Source: Patescibacteria group bacterium
GTDB lineage: Bacteria > Patescibacteriota > Microgenomatia > PFEM01 > JAHIFH01
Length of the DNA stretch: 64,000 bases
Direction of reading: 5' to 3'
Assembly: GCA_035529375.1 (NCBI GenBank)
Contig: DATKWU010000017.1
Coordinates: forward strand, 2,579-66,578
Position 1 is the first letter of the stretch. Each line of letters begins with the position of its first letter. Shown here in pieces: positions 47,792 to 56,819 of the stretch. Both the position numbers and the translations under genes were made by a program. The notes beneath the pieces were generated by a model. It was not told the origin of the DNA. It did no database searches and saw only the letters and a program-made list of their open reading frames with translations.

Positions 47792-50443
47792 TCAGGGCAG
47801 GATGTTCCCCGTTTGAGTCTCAGTGATTAATTTCGGTTGTAACTTTTTGTTTATCTCTTTGCTTTTCACTGCTTGTTTTTTATAAGGCAAGGTATAAAGT
47901 TTTCTTGACCGCTCGATGATTTGATTGGTTCTTTGATTGTCGAGGCTGGCAACCACGGGCGTGGTCACTCCAGAAAAAGGCTCTTCCGGATTAAGGGCGC
48001 TGATTTTGATATAGAAGTTAAACGAAGGCAGACTGGCAATTTCCCCTTTTTCGACGTAAGGCGAGAATTGGGGCAGAATCAATTTTTCGTCTTCTGGGTT
48101 GGCGGTTCGGAAGCAAATCACCGTCCCGGTGTTGGCCAGAGTAACGTTGACCAACGACCTGTCTTCAATCTGAGAAGTGGTCTGGTGAGCCATAATGGCA
48201 TTCAGGCGGTATTTTCTGGCTTCTGACAGGATTTCCGCAAAAGCGGTGGTGGCAAAATTCTGAAACTCATCAACGTAAAGATAAAAGTCCTTTCTCTCCT
48301 TGTCGGTTACTCTGGCTCTTTTTAAAGCCGCCAGCTGGATTTTGGTCATGATGAGGATCCCGAAAACCTCGGAAGAGTCTTCACCAATCCTGCCCTTGGA
48401 AACGTTGCAGAGCAGGATTTTTCCGGAAGATAAAATCTCGTCAAAGTTGATGCTGGATTTTTCCTGCTCTAGAATTCTTTTGGCGGTCGGCGAAAAGAGG
48501 AAGCGGCCGATCTTATTGGTAATCGGCGAAATCATTTTCACCTTCTGGTAATCACCGGCTTTGGCAAACTCATAGCGCCAAAAATCTTTCAAGTTTTCAT
48601 CATCCAAACTTCGGACAACCCTTTTGCGGTAAGGAGTGTTAATCAGCAGTTTGTAAACCGTAAACAGGGTTGGGTTTTCGGTGGCAAAAGCGGTGTGGAT
48701 GGTGTTTCTTAGGATATATTCCATTCTCGGTCCGGAATACTTTTCCGAATAGATTTTGTGAAACAGGGAAATAATGCTTTCCGTCAAAAATTCTTTTTCC
48801 CGGAGGGCATCATCTTCGTTCAAATCGGGTGTTAGCTCCAACAGGTTGAGACCAATCGGGTGGCTGACGTCATCCGGGTTAAAATAAATAACGTCGTTGA
48901 CCCTTTCCTGGGGAATGGCAGGTAAAATTTGGTCGATTAAATCTCCGTGAGGGTCAATCACGCATAATCCCTTTTTGTTTTTAATATCCTGCAAAATCAT
49001 CGACAAAAGCAAAGTCGATTTGCCGGTGCCGGTGGCCCCGAGGATATAAATATGCCTTCTTCTTTCGTCTGCGGTTAAACCGATTTTAGTGTCCGTCCCG
49101 CCATAAGTGTTTTTGGCAAAGACAACATCAAAGCCATCTGCCTTTTTTAAGGAAAGCGGCGCGGGCAGTTGCTTGCTGTGCTGTTTGACCAAATCTTCGG
49201 TTTTAGTCTTGATTGTAAAGGGCAAATGGTAAATATCGGCTACTTCTGAGGCTGACAGAACCGAGTTGCCCAATAAACCAAGTAATCTGTTTCTAAACAA
49301 ATAAGCTTTGGTTTGTTTAATTAAACCGTGTTTAAAGTTGAAAAAAGAGACCAACGACTGGTAATGGGAATTATTAAACGAAGAAAGGGCGGAAACAAAG
49401 CCCTTAATCCGTTTATTTTGCTTGGGGCGATTTTTACTGACAACCAGCAGACGCAAAGAAGTCTTAAAAAGCTGCTGGTCTAGCTTGTCTTTGATCATCT
49501 CTTCCAGTTCCTTTTGGTAAGCGTCGCCTGCTCTGCTGTCATGTTTTAATCCCTCAAGATGCAAAAGCGGCCCTTCCTTGCCGCCAGTGACTAAAAATAT
49601 CAAAAACCCAAAAGGAATAAGGAATAAATAAAGAATAAATCTCAGCAATAATTTAAATGAGCTGATTGCTTGCTGGTTTAATTTCAAGTTTTTTAAACCG
49701 GTTAGCAAGTCGCTTCTGGTGGAAATCAGACCGGTGATTGTTCTTGCCTGTTTTAAATCGCGTCTGTTGGCCGGAGAAGCAACGATTTGAAAAGAAATTA
49801 GTTCGTCTCTGTCCAGCTTGGTCATACTGCCGGTAATATAAGCAATGGGGTCGTGTTCTTGAAGCAGTCTTTGATTTTTTAAGGGATAAGCAAAGTGGTT
49901 TGATTGTTTAAAGCTAGCAATCTTAAATTGGTTGTTTTTAAATTTTTTTGGCAAATAGTCGCCAACCCGATTGATACTAATTCCCGGAAGGTAGGAAAGA
50001 AGACTTTTTTTAACCAATTCTGCGTCTTCATCGTTAATTCTCAGCAGATACCTGATACCCTCTTTTTTGGTGGAAACAATTTCAAAGGCATAGTTTTTGT
50101 AGCTATCCATCAGTTTGTAAAATAGGGATCGCTGTCTGGCCAAACCATGAATAAGATTAAAAAGCTGCTGGGTGGAAAGCGGGCTTTGCAGGGTTTCGGT
50201 TAATGGTCTAATCTCGAACAAGACAGACTTTTGCTTTAGCTCTAGTCTAATCAGCAGGAATCTTAATAAGGCATAGATAGTCAGAAGGAGGATGAAGGTT
50301 GAGGCTAAGATAATAAGTAAGTTGCCAAGGAAGGAAACTGGTAGGAGTCTTAGGATTTTATTAAAGGAAAAGTCGATTTGAAGAAAAGAACTAAAAACAA
50401 GGCTGTTCTTAAAAAAATCTACTGATTCACCAAAAATCCTCAT
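47792..50443 (-). CDS. VirD4/TraD-like type IV coupling protein
   Basis: RRHIYILGATGTGKST, IDPHGDL, YVDEFQNF, SEARKY. Confidence 0.9.
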   Translation of the reverse strand: MRIFGESVDFFKNSLVFSSFLQIDFSFNKILRLLPVSFLGNLLIILASTFILLLTIYALLRFLLIRLELKQKSVLFEIRPLTETLQSPLSTQQLFNLIHGLARQRSLFYKLMDSYKNYAFEIVSTKKEGIRYLLRINDEDAELVKKSLLSYLPGISINRVGDYLPKKFKNNQFKIASFKQSNHFAYPLKNQRLLQEHDPIAYITGSMTKLDRDELISFQIVASPANRRDLKQARTITGLISTRSDLLTGLKNLKLNQQAISSFKLLLRFILYLFLIPFGFLIFLVTGGKEGPLLHLEGLKHDSRAGDAYQKELEEMIKDKLDQQLFKTSLRLLVVSKNRPKQNKRIKGFVSALSSFNNSHYQSLVSFFNFKHGLIKQTKAYLFRNRLLGLLGNSVLSASEVADIYHLPFTIKTKTEDLVKQHSKQLPAPLSLKKADGFDVVFAKNTYGGTDTKIGLTADERRRHIYILGATGTGKSTLLLSMILQDIKNKKGLCVIDPHGDLIDQILPAIPQERVNDVIYFNPDDVSHPIGLNLLELTPDLNEDDALREKEFLTESIISLFHKIYSEKYSGPRMEYILRNTIHTAFATENPTLFTVYKLLINTPYRKRVVRSLDDENLKDFWRYEFAKAGDYQKVKMISPITNKIGRFLFSPTAKRILEQEKSSINFDEILSSGKILLCNVSKGRIGEDSSEVFGILIMTKIQLAALKRARVTDKERKDFYLYVDEFQNFATTAFAEILSEARKYRLNAIMAHQTTSQIEDRSLVNVTLANTGTVICFRTANPEDEKLILPQFSPYVEKGEIASLPSFNFYIKISALNPEEPFSGVTTPVVASLDNQRTNQIIERSRKLYTLPYKKQAVKSKEINKKLQPKLITETQTGNILP

Positions 50444-50629
50444 AATTTATCCCTCAGGCAGGATGATTATGAGGCAGGTTGCTTATTAGTATACTACATC
50501 TAACAAGGAATCTAAACCCCTTTTCTTTTTACTACTTGACAAGCTGTTTTACCCTTGTTATACTATCCATATATGGATAGTTAATAAACTAAAGATATAA
50601 GATTCGAGGCTAGGTTAAGAGTAAAATCC

Positions 50630-50764
50630 ATGAGTAAAGAGCAATTTTCAAGAAATAACAAGAAGGAAAAGGGTAAAAAAGAGGACCGGATGAAGATATT
50701 TGCCAACTTCCTCGTCGACAGAATTATCGAAGAGCAGAATAAGGCTAAATTAATTGGGGAATAG
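50630..50764 (+). CDS. 44-aa ORF upstream of recombinase (candidate directionality factor)
   Basis: MSKEQFSR...RMKIFANFLVDRIIEEQNK; ends 4 nt before recombinase ATG. Confidence 0.45.
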   Translation: MSKEQFSRNNKKEKGKKEDRMKIFANFLVDRIIEEQNKAKLIGE

Positions 50765-50768
50765 TCAA

Positions 50769-52493
50769 ATGGGTAACCTGCCAAAACCTGAAAATGCCGT
50801 TGCCGCGATCAGAATCTCTTCTTTAAAACAAGGGCTTCAGGGCGATTCACCGGAAGACCAAAAAGAGCAAATCGAAAGGTTTGCGGAAAACCACAATATC
50901 AAGATTAAAAAGTTCTTCATCTTCATGGAGAGCGCTTCTAAAGAAGAGCAGCCGGTCCAGGAAGCGATTGATTACTGTAAAAAGCCAAAAAACGACATCC
51001 AGCTATTCATTGTCAAATCGATTGACCGCTTTACCAGAGGCGGGTCTTATCTCTATGACCATCTTAAAATGCAGCTGGTTAAATATGAGGTCAAACTGGT
51101 TGATATTTACGGGGTTATCAGCAGTCAGGAAGTAAACACTTTAGAGCATTTAAACATCAAATACGATTGGAGCGTCTACAACCCCACTAAAAAAACGGAA
51201 ATTTTGGAAGCAGAGCGGGCCAAAGACGAAATGAGAGATATCATGACCAGGATGATTGGCGCCGAGATTAGGTACGTGAGAATGGGCTACCGGGTGCGAC
51301 AAGCCCCCTTTGGCTATGTCAATGAGAAAGTGGAAACCGCTCATGGCAAGAGAGTCATCTTAAAACCCCATCCTAAAGAGTCAAAATGGATTATCAGAAT
51401 GTTTGAGCTTCGGGCCAACAGCAGCTTAAGCGATCAGGAAATTGTTGACAAGCTAAACAAGTTGGGCTTTAAAACCAGGAGGCGCTATCGCCGCGACCCT
51501 AAAGACAGAACCAAAATAATCGGCCAGACGGGAGAGTGCCCGCTGTCTTTAAAAGCTCTCTGGAAATATATTCGAAGTCCTATTTATGCCGGCGTCAACA
51601 TTGAAAAATGGACTAAGGACAAACCAGTAAAAGCCAAATTTAAGGGTTTAGTATCGGTTGAGACTTTTAATAAAGCTAATAAAGGCAAGGTTATCATTTC
51701 CGAAGAAAACGGCCAGATAGAATTCTGGAAGAAAAAGCCCCCCGACCATTTGCTTTACAAATCGGTTAGAAATCCCAAATTTCCCTACAAAAGATATGTT
51801 TTGTGCCCGATTTGCGAAAAACCTTTATATGGCAGCGCTTCCCGGGGAAGGCTTGGCAAATATTATCCTGCCTATCATTGTAATAAGCGGGGCCATTATT
51901 TCCGGGTGCCAAAGCAGGAATTTGAAGAAACGATTGCTGGTTTTGTCAGCAATTTGGGCATCAAACCAAAGTGCGTCAAAGACTTGAAAAAGTATGTCAT
52001 TGATTTATGGCAGAAAAAAATGGAAAACAGTCAAAAGGACAATAAGCAGATAGACCGGAAAATCAAAGAACTGAAATCTTTAGCCGAGATAACCGCTGAT
52101 AAGATTAAATACCTTGAGTCTGCTACCGCCATTAAGTACATGGAAGAAGAGCTGGTTAAAACCGAAAAAGAGATTAGAAACCTCCAAGCAGGCAAAATAG
52201 AAAACAAAGAAAAAGACGTCAATATGGAACGAGTAATGGAGTTTGTCGGTTACTTTCTGGAACACTTGGAAGAACTGATTCTCGGAGGCTCAAATCCTCT
52301 GAAAAGAGCTGATTATTTTGGGCTTATCTTTGAGAAACCGCCTACCTACGAAGAATTGGTTTCTGGAACACCAAAATTGGCTCCATTTATCGAACTAAAA
52401 GACGATTTTGGCTCCTCTTTAGTCCCAATGTGTGAGCCCGGAAGGAATCGAACCTTCGACACCCTGCTTAAAAGGCAGGTGCTCTACCGCTGA
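50769..52493 (+). CDS. large serine recombinase (integrase), reads into tRNA-Lys
   Basis: IRISSLKQ catalytic Ser, IDRFTR, APFGY, CPIC..YHC zinc ribbon, coiled coil. Confidence 0.92.
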   Translation: MGNLPKPENAVAAIRISSLKQGLQGDSPEDQKEQIERFAENHNIKIKKFFIFMESASKEEQPVQEAIDYCKKPKNDIQLFIVKSIDRFTRGGSYLYDHLKMQLVKYEVKLVDIYGVISSQEVNTLEHLNIKYDWSVYNPTKKTEILEAERAKDEMRDIMTRMIGAEIRYVRMGYRVRQAPFGYVNEKVETAHGKRVILKPHPKESKWIIRMFELRANSSLSDQEIVDKLNKLGFKTRRRYRRDPKDRTKIIGQTGECPLSLKALWKYIRSPIYAGVNIEKWTKDKPVKAKFKGLVSVETFNKANKGKVIISEENGQIEFWKKKPPDHLLYKSVRNPKFPYKRYVLCPICEKPLYGSASRGRLGKYYPAYHCNKRGHYFRVPKQEFEETIAGFVSNLGIKPKCVKDLKKYVIDLWQKKMENSQKDNKQIDRKIKELKSLAEITADKIKYLESATAIKYMEEELVKTEKEIRNLQAGKIENKEKDVNMERVMEFVGYFLEHLEELILGGSNPLKRADYFGLIFEKPPTYEELVSGTPKLAPFIELKDDFGSSLVPMCEPGRNRTFDTLLKRQVLYR

Positions 52494-52504
52494 GCTACGG
52501 GCCC
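52433..52504 (-). tRNA. tRNA-Lys (TTT), CCA not encoded
   Basis: rc GGGCCCGTAGCTCAGCGGTAGAGCACCTGC-CTTTTAA-GCAGG...GGTTCGATTCCTTCCGGGCTCA. Confidence 0.96.
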
Positions 52505-52560
52505 TCGTTGCTTATTTTAGCAAATTTGTGGGTCTCCTACAAGCGTGCTATACTGACTCT

Positions 52561-53037
52561 ATGCTCATTTTAGGAATTGATCCAGGTACAGCCGATACGG
52601 GTTTTGGGGTAATTAAATGTAGTCGAACCGAAATCAAATTGGTTGATTACGGTAAAATTCAAACTTCTAATAAAGATTCATCTTCTAAAAGACTTGATTT
52701 GATTTATGAACAAGCCACTACCATCATTCGAAAACATAAACCTCAAGTTTTAGCCATCGAAAGTCTTTTTTTTAATGCTAATGCTAAATCCGCTTCAGCT
52801 GTTGGCCAAGCTATCGGGGTGATTAAATTAGCGGCCGCCAAAAAGAAAATTGAAGTTTTTGAGTATGCCCCCTTAAAAGTAAAAATGTCTCTAACTAAAA
52901 ATGGTCGGGCTGAAAAAAGACAGGTTCAGTCTGAAGTCAGAAAAGCCTTGCGAGTCAGAAAAATTCCTCGACCAACTCATGCGGCTGACGCTCTAGCCGT
53001 TGCTATTTGTCACTGGCAAGAAACTAGGAAAAAATGA
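52561..53037 (+). CDS. ruvC: Holliday junction resolvase
   Basis: ILGIDPG, AIESLFF, ADALAVAICH; ATG 52561. Confidence 0.95.
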   Translation: MLILGIDPGTADTGFGVIKCSRTEIKLVDYGKIQTSNKDSSSKRLDLIYEQATTIIRKHKPQVLAIESLFFNANAKSASAVGQAIGVIKLAAAKKKIEVFEYAPLKVKMSLTKNGRAEKRQVQSEVRKALRVRKIPRPTHAADALAVAICHWQETRKK

Positions 53038-53076
53038 TAGAATATTATTTAGGAAGGGGGTGAATCATAAAACAGA

Positions 53077-53325
53077 ATGGCTAATACTAAATTAGGTACC
53101 ATTACCCACTATTACGATAAAATTGGCGTGGGCGTAGTTGATGTCCTAGCCTCAATTAAGGTGGGTGACAAAGTTAAAATCACTGGTAGTAATGAATTTG
53201 AACAGGAAATTACTTCAATGCAAATAGAACACGAGAATATTGATAGCGCCAAAAAGGGTGATCAGATTGGTCTTAAAATTGACCAGTCAGTCAAAGAGGG
53301 AGACGAACTTTATAAAGTAGGTTAA
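53077..53325 (+). CDS. translation elongation factor domain II-like small protein
   Basis: GTITHYYDKIGV, SMQIEH, GDQIGLK. Confidence 0.8.
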   Translation: MANTKLGTITHYYDKIGVGVVDVLASIKVGDKVKITGSNEFEQEITSMQIEHENIDSAKKGDQIGLKIDQSVKEGDELYKVG

Positions 53326-53326
53326 G

Positions 53327-53710
53327 ATGGATTGGCAACTAGCCCCCGAACTTCATCGAAGGGTTAAAAAATTAGTCAAAGCCCTTCAGTTTTCTCATAT
53401 TGATTCGAAGAAAATCGTGGTTTTTCGAAGTTATGGTTCTAAATCAAGAGCCAGGGCCAGAATTTGGAGTTTACCCAGGATCTGGCAAAAAGCCCTCAAA
53501 GTTAAACCCCATTACTGCTTAGAAGTTCTTTCTGAAAAGTTTGATAATCTTTCTATTAAAGACCAAGATAAAATTTTGATTCACGAGCTCCTTCATATCC
53601 CCAAAACCTTTTCTGGCGCCCTCCTTTCTCACCGCGGCCGAAAAAGAAGAATTGACAATCGAACCGTAGATAAGTTATATAAGGCTATCAATGCTCATTA
53701 TTCACGGTGA
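53327..53710 (+). CDS. putative metallopeptidase (HExxH)
   Basis: ARIWSL, LIHELLHIP. Confidence 0.8.
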   Translation: MDWQLAPELHRRVKKLVKALQFSHIDSKKIVVFRSYGSKSRARARIWSLPRIWQKALKVKPHYCLEVLSEKFDNLSIKDQDKILIHELLHIPKTFSGALLSHRGRKRRIDNRTVDKLYKAINAHYSR

Positions 53711-54365
53711 CAATCAGGTTGAAAGTCGGCAATTTTTAAGCTCTCAAATAGAAAGTGCCAAATCCAGGGATAAAGAAATCATTCATTTTGAGGGCAAGAA
53801 CGTAGATTTGGAAGCAATTCAAACAGTTTTGGAAACAAAGTCACTTCTAGGTAGGGAAAATTTGATCGTGATTGAGAATTTACTGGCCGAAACACCTTCA
53901 AAACTAATAATTGATTATTTAAACAAAAATAATCCCCAAAACTTGATTATTTGGGAAGAAAAAGAACTTAGCCAGGCAAAATTAAAACAAATCAAGGCTA
54001 AAGTCCAGGTTTTTAAACTACCAACAATTATTTTTAAATTCCTTGATTCTTTTCTTCCAGGCAACAGTCGTTTTTCTCTTCAGCTTTTAAGACAAGCCGT
54101 CAATCAATCTTCAGCCGAAGGTGTTTTTTACATGCTTGCTAGGCAAGTCCGTTATCTGATTATCGCTAACCAACTAGATAAGGAAGGCTTAACTGGTCTT
54201 CATCCTTTTCAAGTCCAAAAAATAGCAAATCAGACCAAAAAATTTAAATTAGGCGAGCTTTTAACCATTCACCGAAAACTGCTTTACATTGATTGGCAAC
54301 AGAAAACTGGTCAGGCACCCATGGATTTAGCTGGTCAGCTTGACCTTTTAATAGCTTCTCTCTAG
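53691..54365 (+). CDS. holA: DNA polymerase III delta subunit-like (CPR short form)
   Basis: IIHGDN start, HPFQVQK, IDWQQKTG. Confidence 0.7.
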   Translation: MLIIHGDNQVESRQFLSSQIESAKSRDKEIIHFEGKNVDLEAIQTVLETKSLLGRENLIVIENLLAETPSKLIIDYLNKNNPQNLIIWEEKELSQAKLKQIKAKVQVFKLPTIIFKFLDSFLPGNSRFSLQLLRQAVNQSSAEGVFYMLARQVRYLIIANQLDKEGLTGLHPFQVQKIANQTKKFKLGELLTIHRKLLYIDWQQKTGQAPMDLAGQLDLLIASL

Positions 54366-54374
54366 AATGAAAGT

Positions 54375-55712
54375 ATGGCTGTCCAAAGCTTATTTGGTAC
54401 AAGTGGTATTAGAGGCGAAGGCGAGAAGCTTTTTACCAATCAATTTTGTTTTGATATCGGCCGAGCCTTTGCTCAATTTCTTGATAAATATAGTCAGAGA
54501 GGTCCGGTGGCCGTGGGCATGGATCCCCGTGGTTCCAGCCCAAGAATCTTAGAGGCTCTTGAAGTTGGTCTGAATCACGCTGGTCATCAAATAGTTGACC
54601 AGGGAACAGTCCCGGTCCCGGCGATGAATTGGGTTCTAAAAATTGCTCCTTATGCCGGTAGTGTGATGGTTACCGGCAGTCATATTGCCGCTGATCTTAA
54701 TGGTCTCAAATTTTTTGCCTTCAAAGAGGAAATCTCCAAAAAACACGAAAAGGAAATCAGCGAAATTTACCATCAAATCAAGAATAAAGTTAGGTATCAA
54801 AGAAAAAAACCCGTGGTTGAGGAAGAAGAAAGAGCCGATGAGTCCTACCAGGAAATGCTTATTAATTTAGCTGATGTTCCTTACCCTAAATGGAAAATGG
54901 TGGTTGTTGACCCGGGCAATGGCGGTCAGTCTGACACTATGCCTCAAGTATTAACCAGACTGGGTATTACGGTTAAGGAAATAAACGCTTCAATTCAGGG
55001 TGATTTCATCTCAAGAGATACGGAAACAGAGGGTGTTTTAAAAGACTTGCAAACATTAGTAAAAAGAGAAAAAGCGGATTTGGCGATTGCCTTTGATTAC
55101 GACGGCGACAGGGTAATTTTTATTGATGAAAAAGGTAGATTTATTCCTGGTGATTATGCTGGCTCTCTAATAGCTCAAGATTCTGAAACGCCAGTGATTG
55201 TTACCCCAATAAACACTTCCCAAGTAGTTGATTGTTTAAAAAAACCAGTTATTCGGACTCGGGTTGGTTCGCCTTTTGTCGTTGAAGCTATGAAAAAAAA
55301 TAAGGCCACTTTTGGGTTTGAGGCCAATGGAGGTGGTATTTCCGCCGAAATCATGATGAGCCGCGATGGTGGTTCAACCGCTGTCAAAATGCTTAATTTA
55401 CTTAAGAAACACCAGGGAACTTTAGGCAGTTTGGTTGATACTTTACCTAGGTTTTATGTTCACAGATTGAAGGTTGATTGCCCTCGCAGATTTAATCAGG
55501 TTATAATTAAAAAAGCAAAAGCAGAATTTAAGGGTATCAAGACGGAGGAAATTGACGGACTAAAGATTTGGCTTGATAAGAATGCCTGGATTCTTTTCCG
55601 TCCTTCAAGCAACGCACCCGAATTTCGAGTTTTTGCTGAGGCTAAAGACAAGAATCAAGTGAAAAAACTAGCAAAAAAAGGGATTGAATTTGTTAAAAAA
55701 GAGATTAAATAA
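54375..55712 (+). CDS. phosphomannomutase/phosphoglucomutase family
   Basis: FGTSGIRG, TGSH, DYDGDR, FRPSSNAP. Confidence 0.93.
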   Translation: MAVQSLFGTSGIRGEGEKLFTNQFCFDIGRAFAQFLDKYSQRGPVAVGMDPRGSSPRILEALEVGLNHAGHQIVDQGTVPVPAMNWVLKIAPYAGSVMVTGSHIAADLNGLKFFAFKEEISKKHEKEISEIYHQIKNKVRYQRKKPVVEEEERADESYQEMLINLADVPYPKWKMVVVDPGNGGQSDTMPQVLTRLGITVKEINASIQGDFISRDTETEGVLKDLQTLVKREKADLAIAFDYDGDRVIFIDEKGRFIPGDYAGSLIAQDSETPVIVTPINTSQVVDCLKKPVIRTRVGSPFVVEAMKKNKATFGFEANGGGISAEIMMSRDGGSTAVKMLNLLKKHQGTLGSLVDTLPRFYVHRLKVDCPRRFNQVIIKKAKAEFKGIKTEEIDGLKIWLDKNAWILFRPSSNAPEFRVFAEAKDKNQVKKLAKKGIEFVKKEIK

Positions 55713-55729
55713 AGAGATTAAATAAGAAA

Positions 55730-56806
55730 ATGAAAACTTTGGATAATCCAAAAGAAATCAGAAAACTAGATAAAAGCTCAGTTTTTAATTCCATTATTCT
55801 TTTTCCTGATCAGATGGAACAAGCCTGGCAGGAAGTCAGCAAAATAAAAATCCCTTTAGAAAAGTTTAAAGAGGTTAAAAATATTATTGTTACCGGCATG
55901 GGTGGTTCGGCTTTAGGAGCAAGAATCATTGACTCTTTAAATTTTGAAGTTTTAGACGTACCCATGGAAATAATCAACGGTTACCATCTGCCTGCCTACG
56001 CTAACCAGGAAACCTTAGCGATTATCTCAAGTTATTCTGGCAATACTGAAGAGACTTTGTCTTGTCTTGACGAAGCTATCAGGCAAAAATGTCAACTTTT
56101 CGCGATTACCAACGGTGGTCGATTAGCTGAACTAGCCAAAGACAAAGAAATCCCGGCCTATATCTTTAAATCCAGATACAATCCTTCTGGCCAGCCTCGA
56201 TTAGGACTAGGTTATTCGATCACGGCTCAACTAGCCTTGCTTTCAAGGTTAAAATTTCTTCGCCTAACCGAAGCCCAGATAACCGAAGTAATTCATTATC
56301 TTAATCAGATCAGAGATAATTTATTAATTGACTCACCAACAGCGAAAAATGAGGCTAAAAAGATAGCCGTTGACTTTAAAGAAAAAATTATTATTGTCGT
56401 TTCCGGTGAGCATTTGATTGGCGCCGCCCATACCTTCAAAAACATGCTTAATGAGAACAGTAAAACTTTTGCTGTTAGATTCAGTTTACCGGAATTAAAC
56501 CACCATTTACTAGAAGGATTAGCTTTCCCAAAAGAAAACAGCGAAGTCGTCAAAGTCATGTTTTTGGAATCGAAAATCTATGATGAAGAAATTAAGAAAA
56601 GAATTAGAGTAACTAAAGAGGTTCTCAAGGAAAACAAAATTCCTTATGATTCCCTTGTCTTAAAAGGAAGGACAAGAGTAATTCAAGCTTTTGAAACCGT
56701 TTATCTCGGCAGTCTTATTAGCTATTATTTAGCAATTTTGAATAAAGTTGATCCAGCCACGATTCCCTGGGTTGATTTTTTTAAAAAAGAATTAGAAAAA
56801 GCCTGA
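55730..56806 (+). CDS. bifunctional phosphoglucose/phosphomannose isomerase
   Basis: GMGGSA, SYSGNTEET, NENSK, PELNHH. Confidence 0.92.
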   Translation: MKTLDNPKEIRKLDKSSVFNSIILFPDQMEQAWQEVSKIKIPLEKFKEVKNIIVTGMGGSALGARIIDSLNFEVLDVPMEIINGYHLPAYANQETLAIISSYSGNTEETLSCLDEAIRQKCQLFAITNGGRLAELAKDKEIPAYIFKSRYNPSGQPRLGLGYSITAQLALLSRLKFLRLTEAQITEVIHYLNQIRDNLLIDSPTAKNEAKKIAVDFKEKIIIVVSGEHLIGAAHTFKNMLNENSKTFAVRFSLPELNHHLLEGLAFPKENSEVVKVMFLESKIYDEEIKKRIRVTKEVLKENKIPYDSLVLKGRTRVIQAFETVYLGSLISYYLAILNKVDPATIPWVDFFKKELEKA

Positions 56807-56819
56807 ATAAAACCTGCCC

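Larger units (their letters stand above)
28371..52439. mobile_element. ~24-kb integrative conjugative element in tRNA-Lys 3' end
   Basis: GTGAGCCC core at 28371 and 52432; serine recombinase, VirB2/B4/B6-like, VirD4, Replic_Relax inside. Confidence 0.88.

Noticed and set aside
52432-52560. N-terminal extension of RuvC in ORF track
   Set aside because: It is the antisense of tRNA-Lys; the real start is ATG 52561.
55698-55725. Short tandem duplication aaagagattaaata at PMM stop
   Set aside because: Two copies only; likely a local slippage duplication without evident function.
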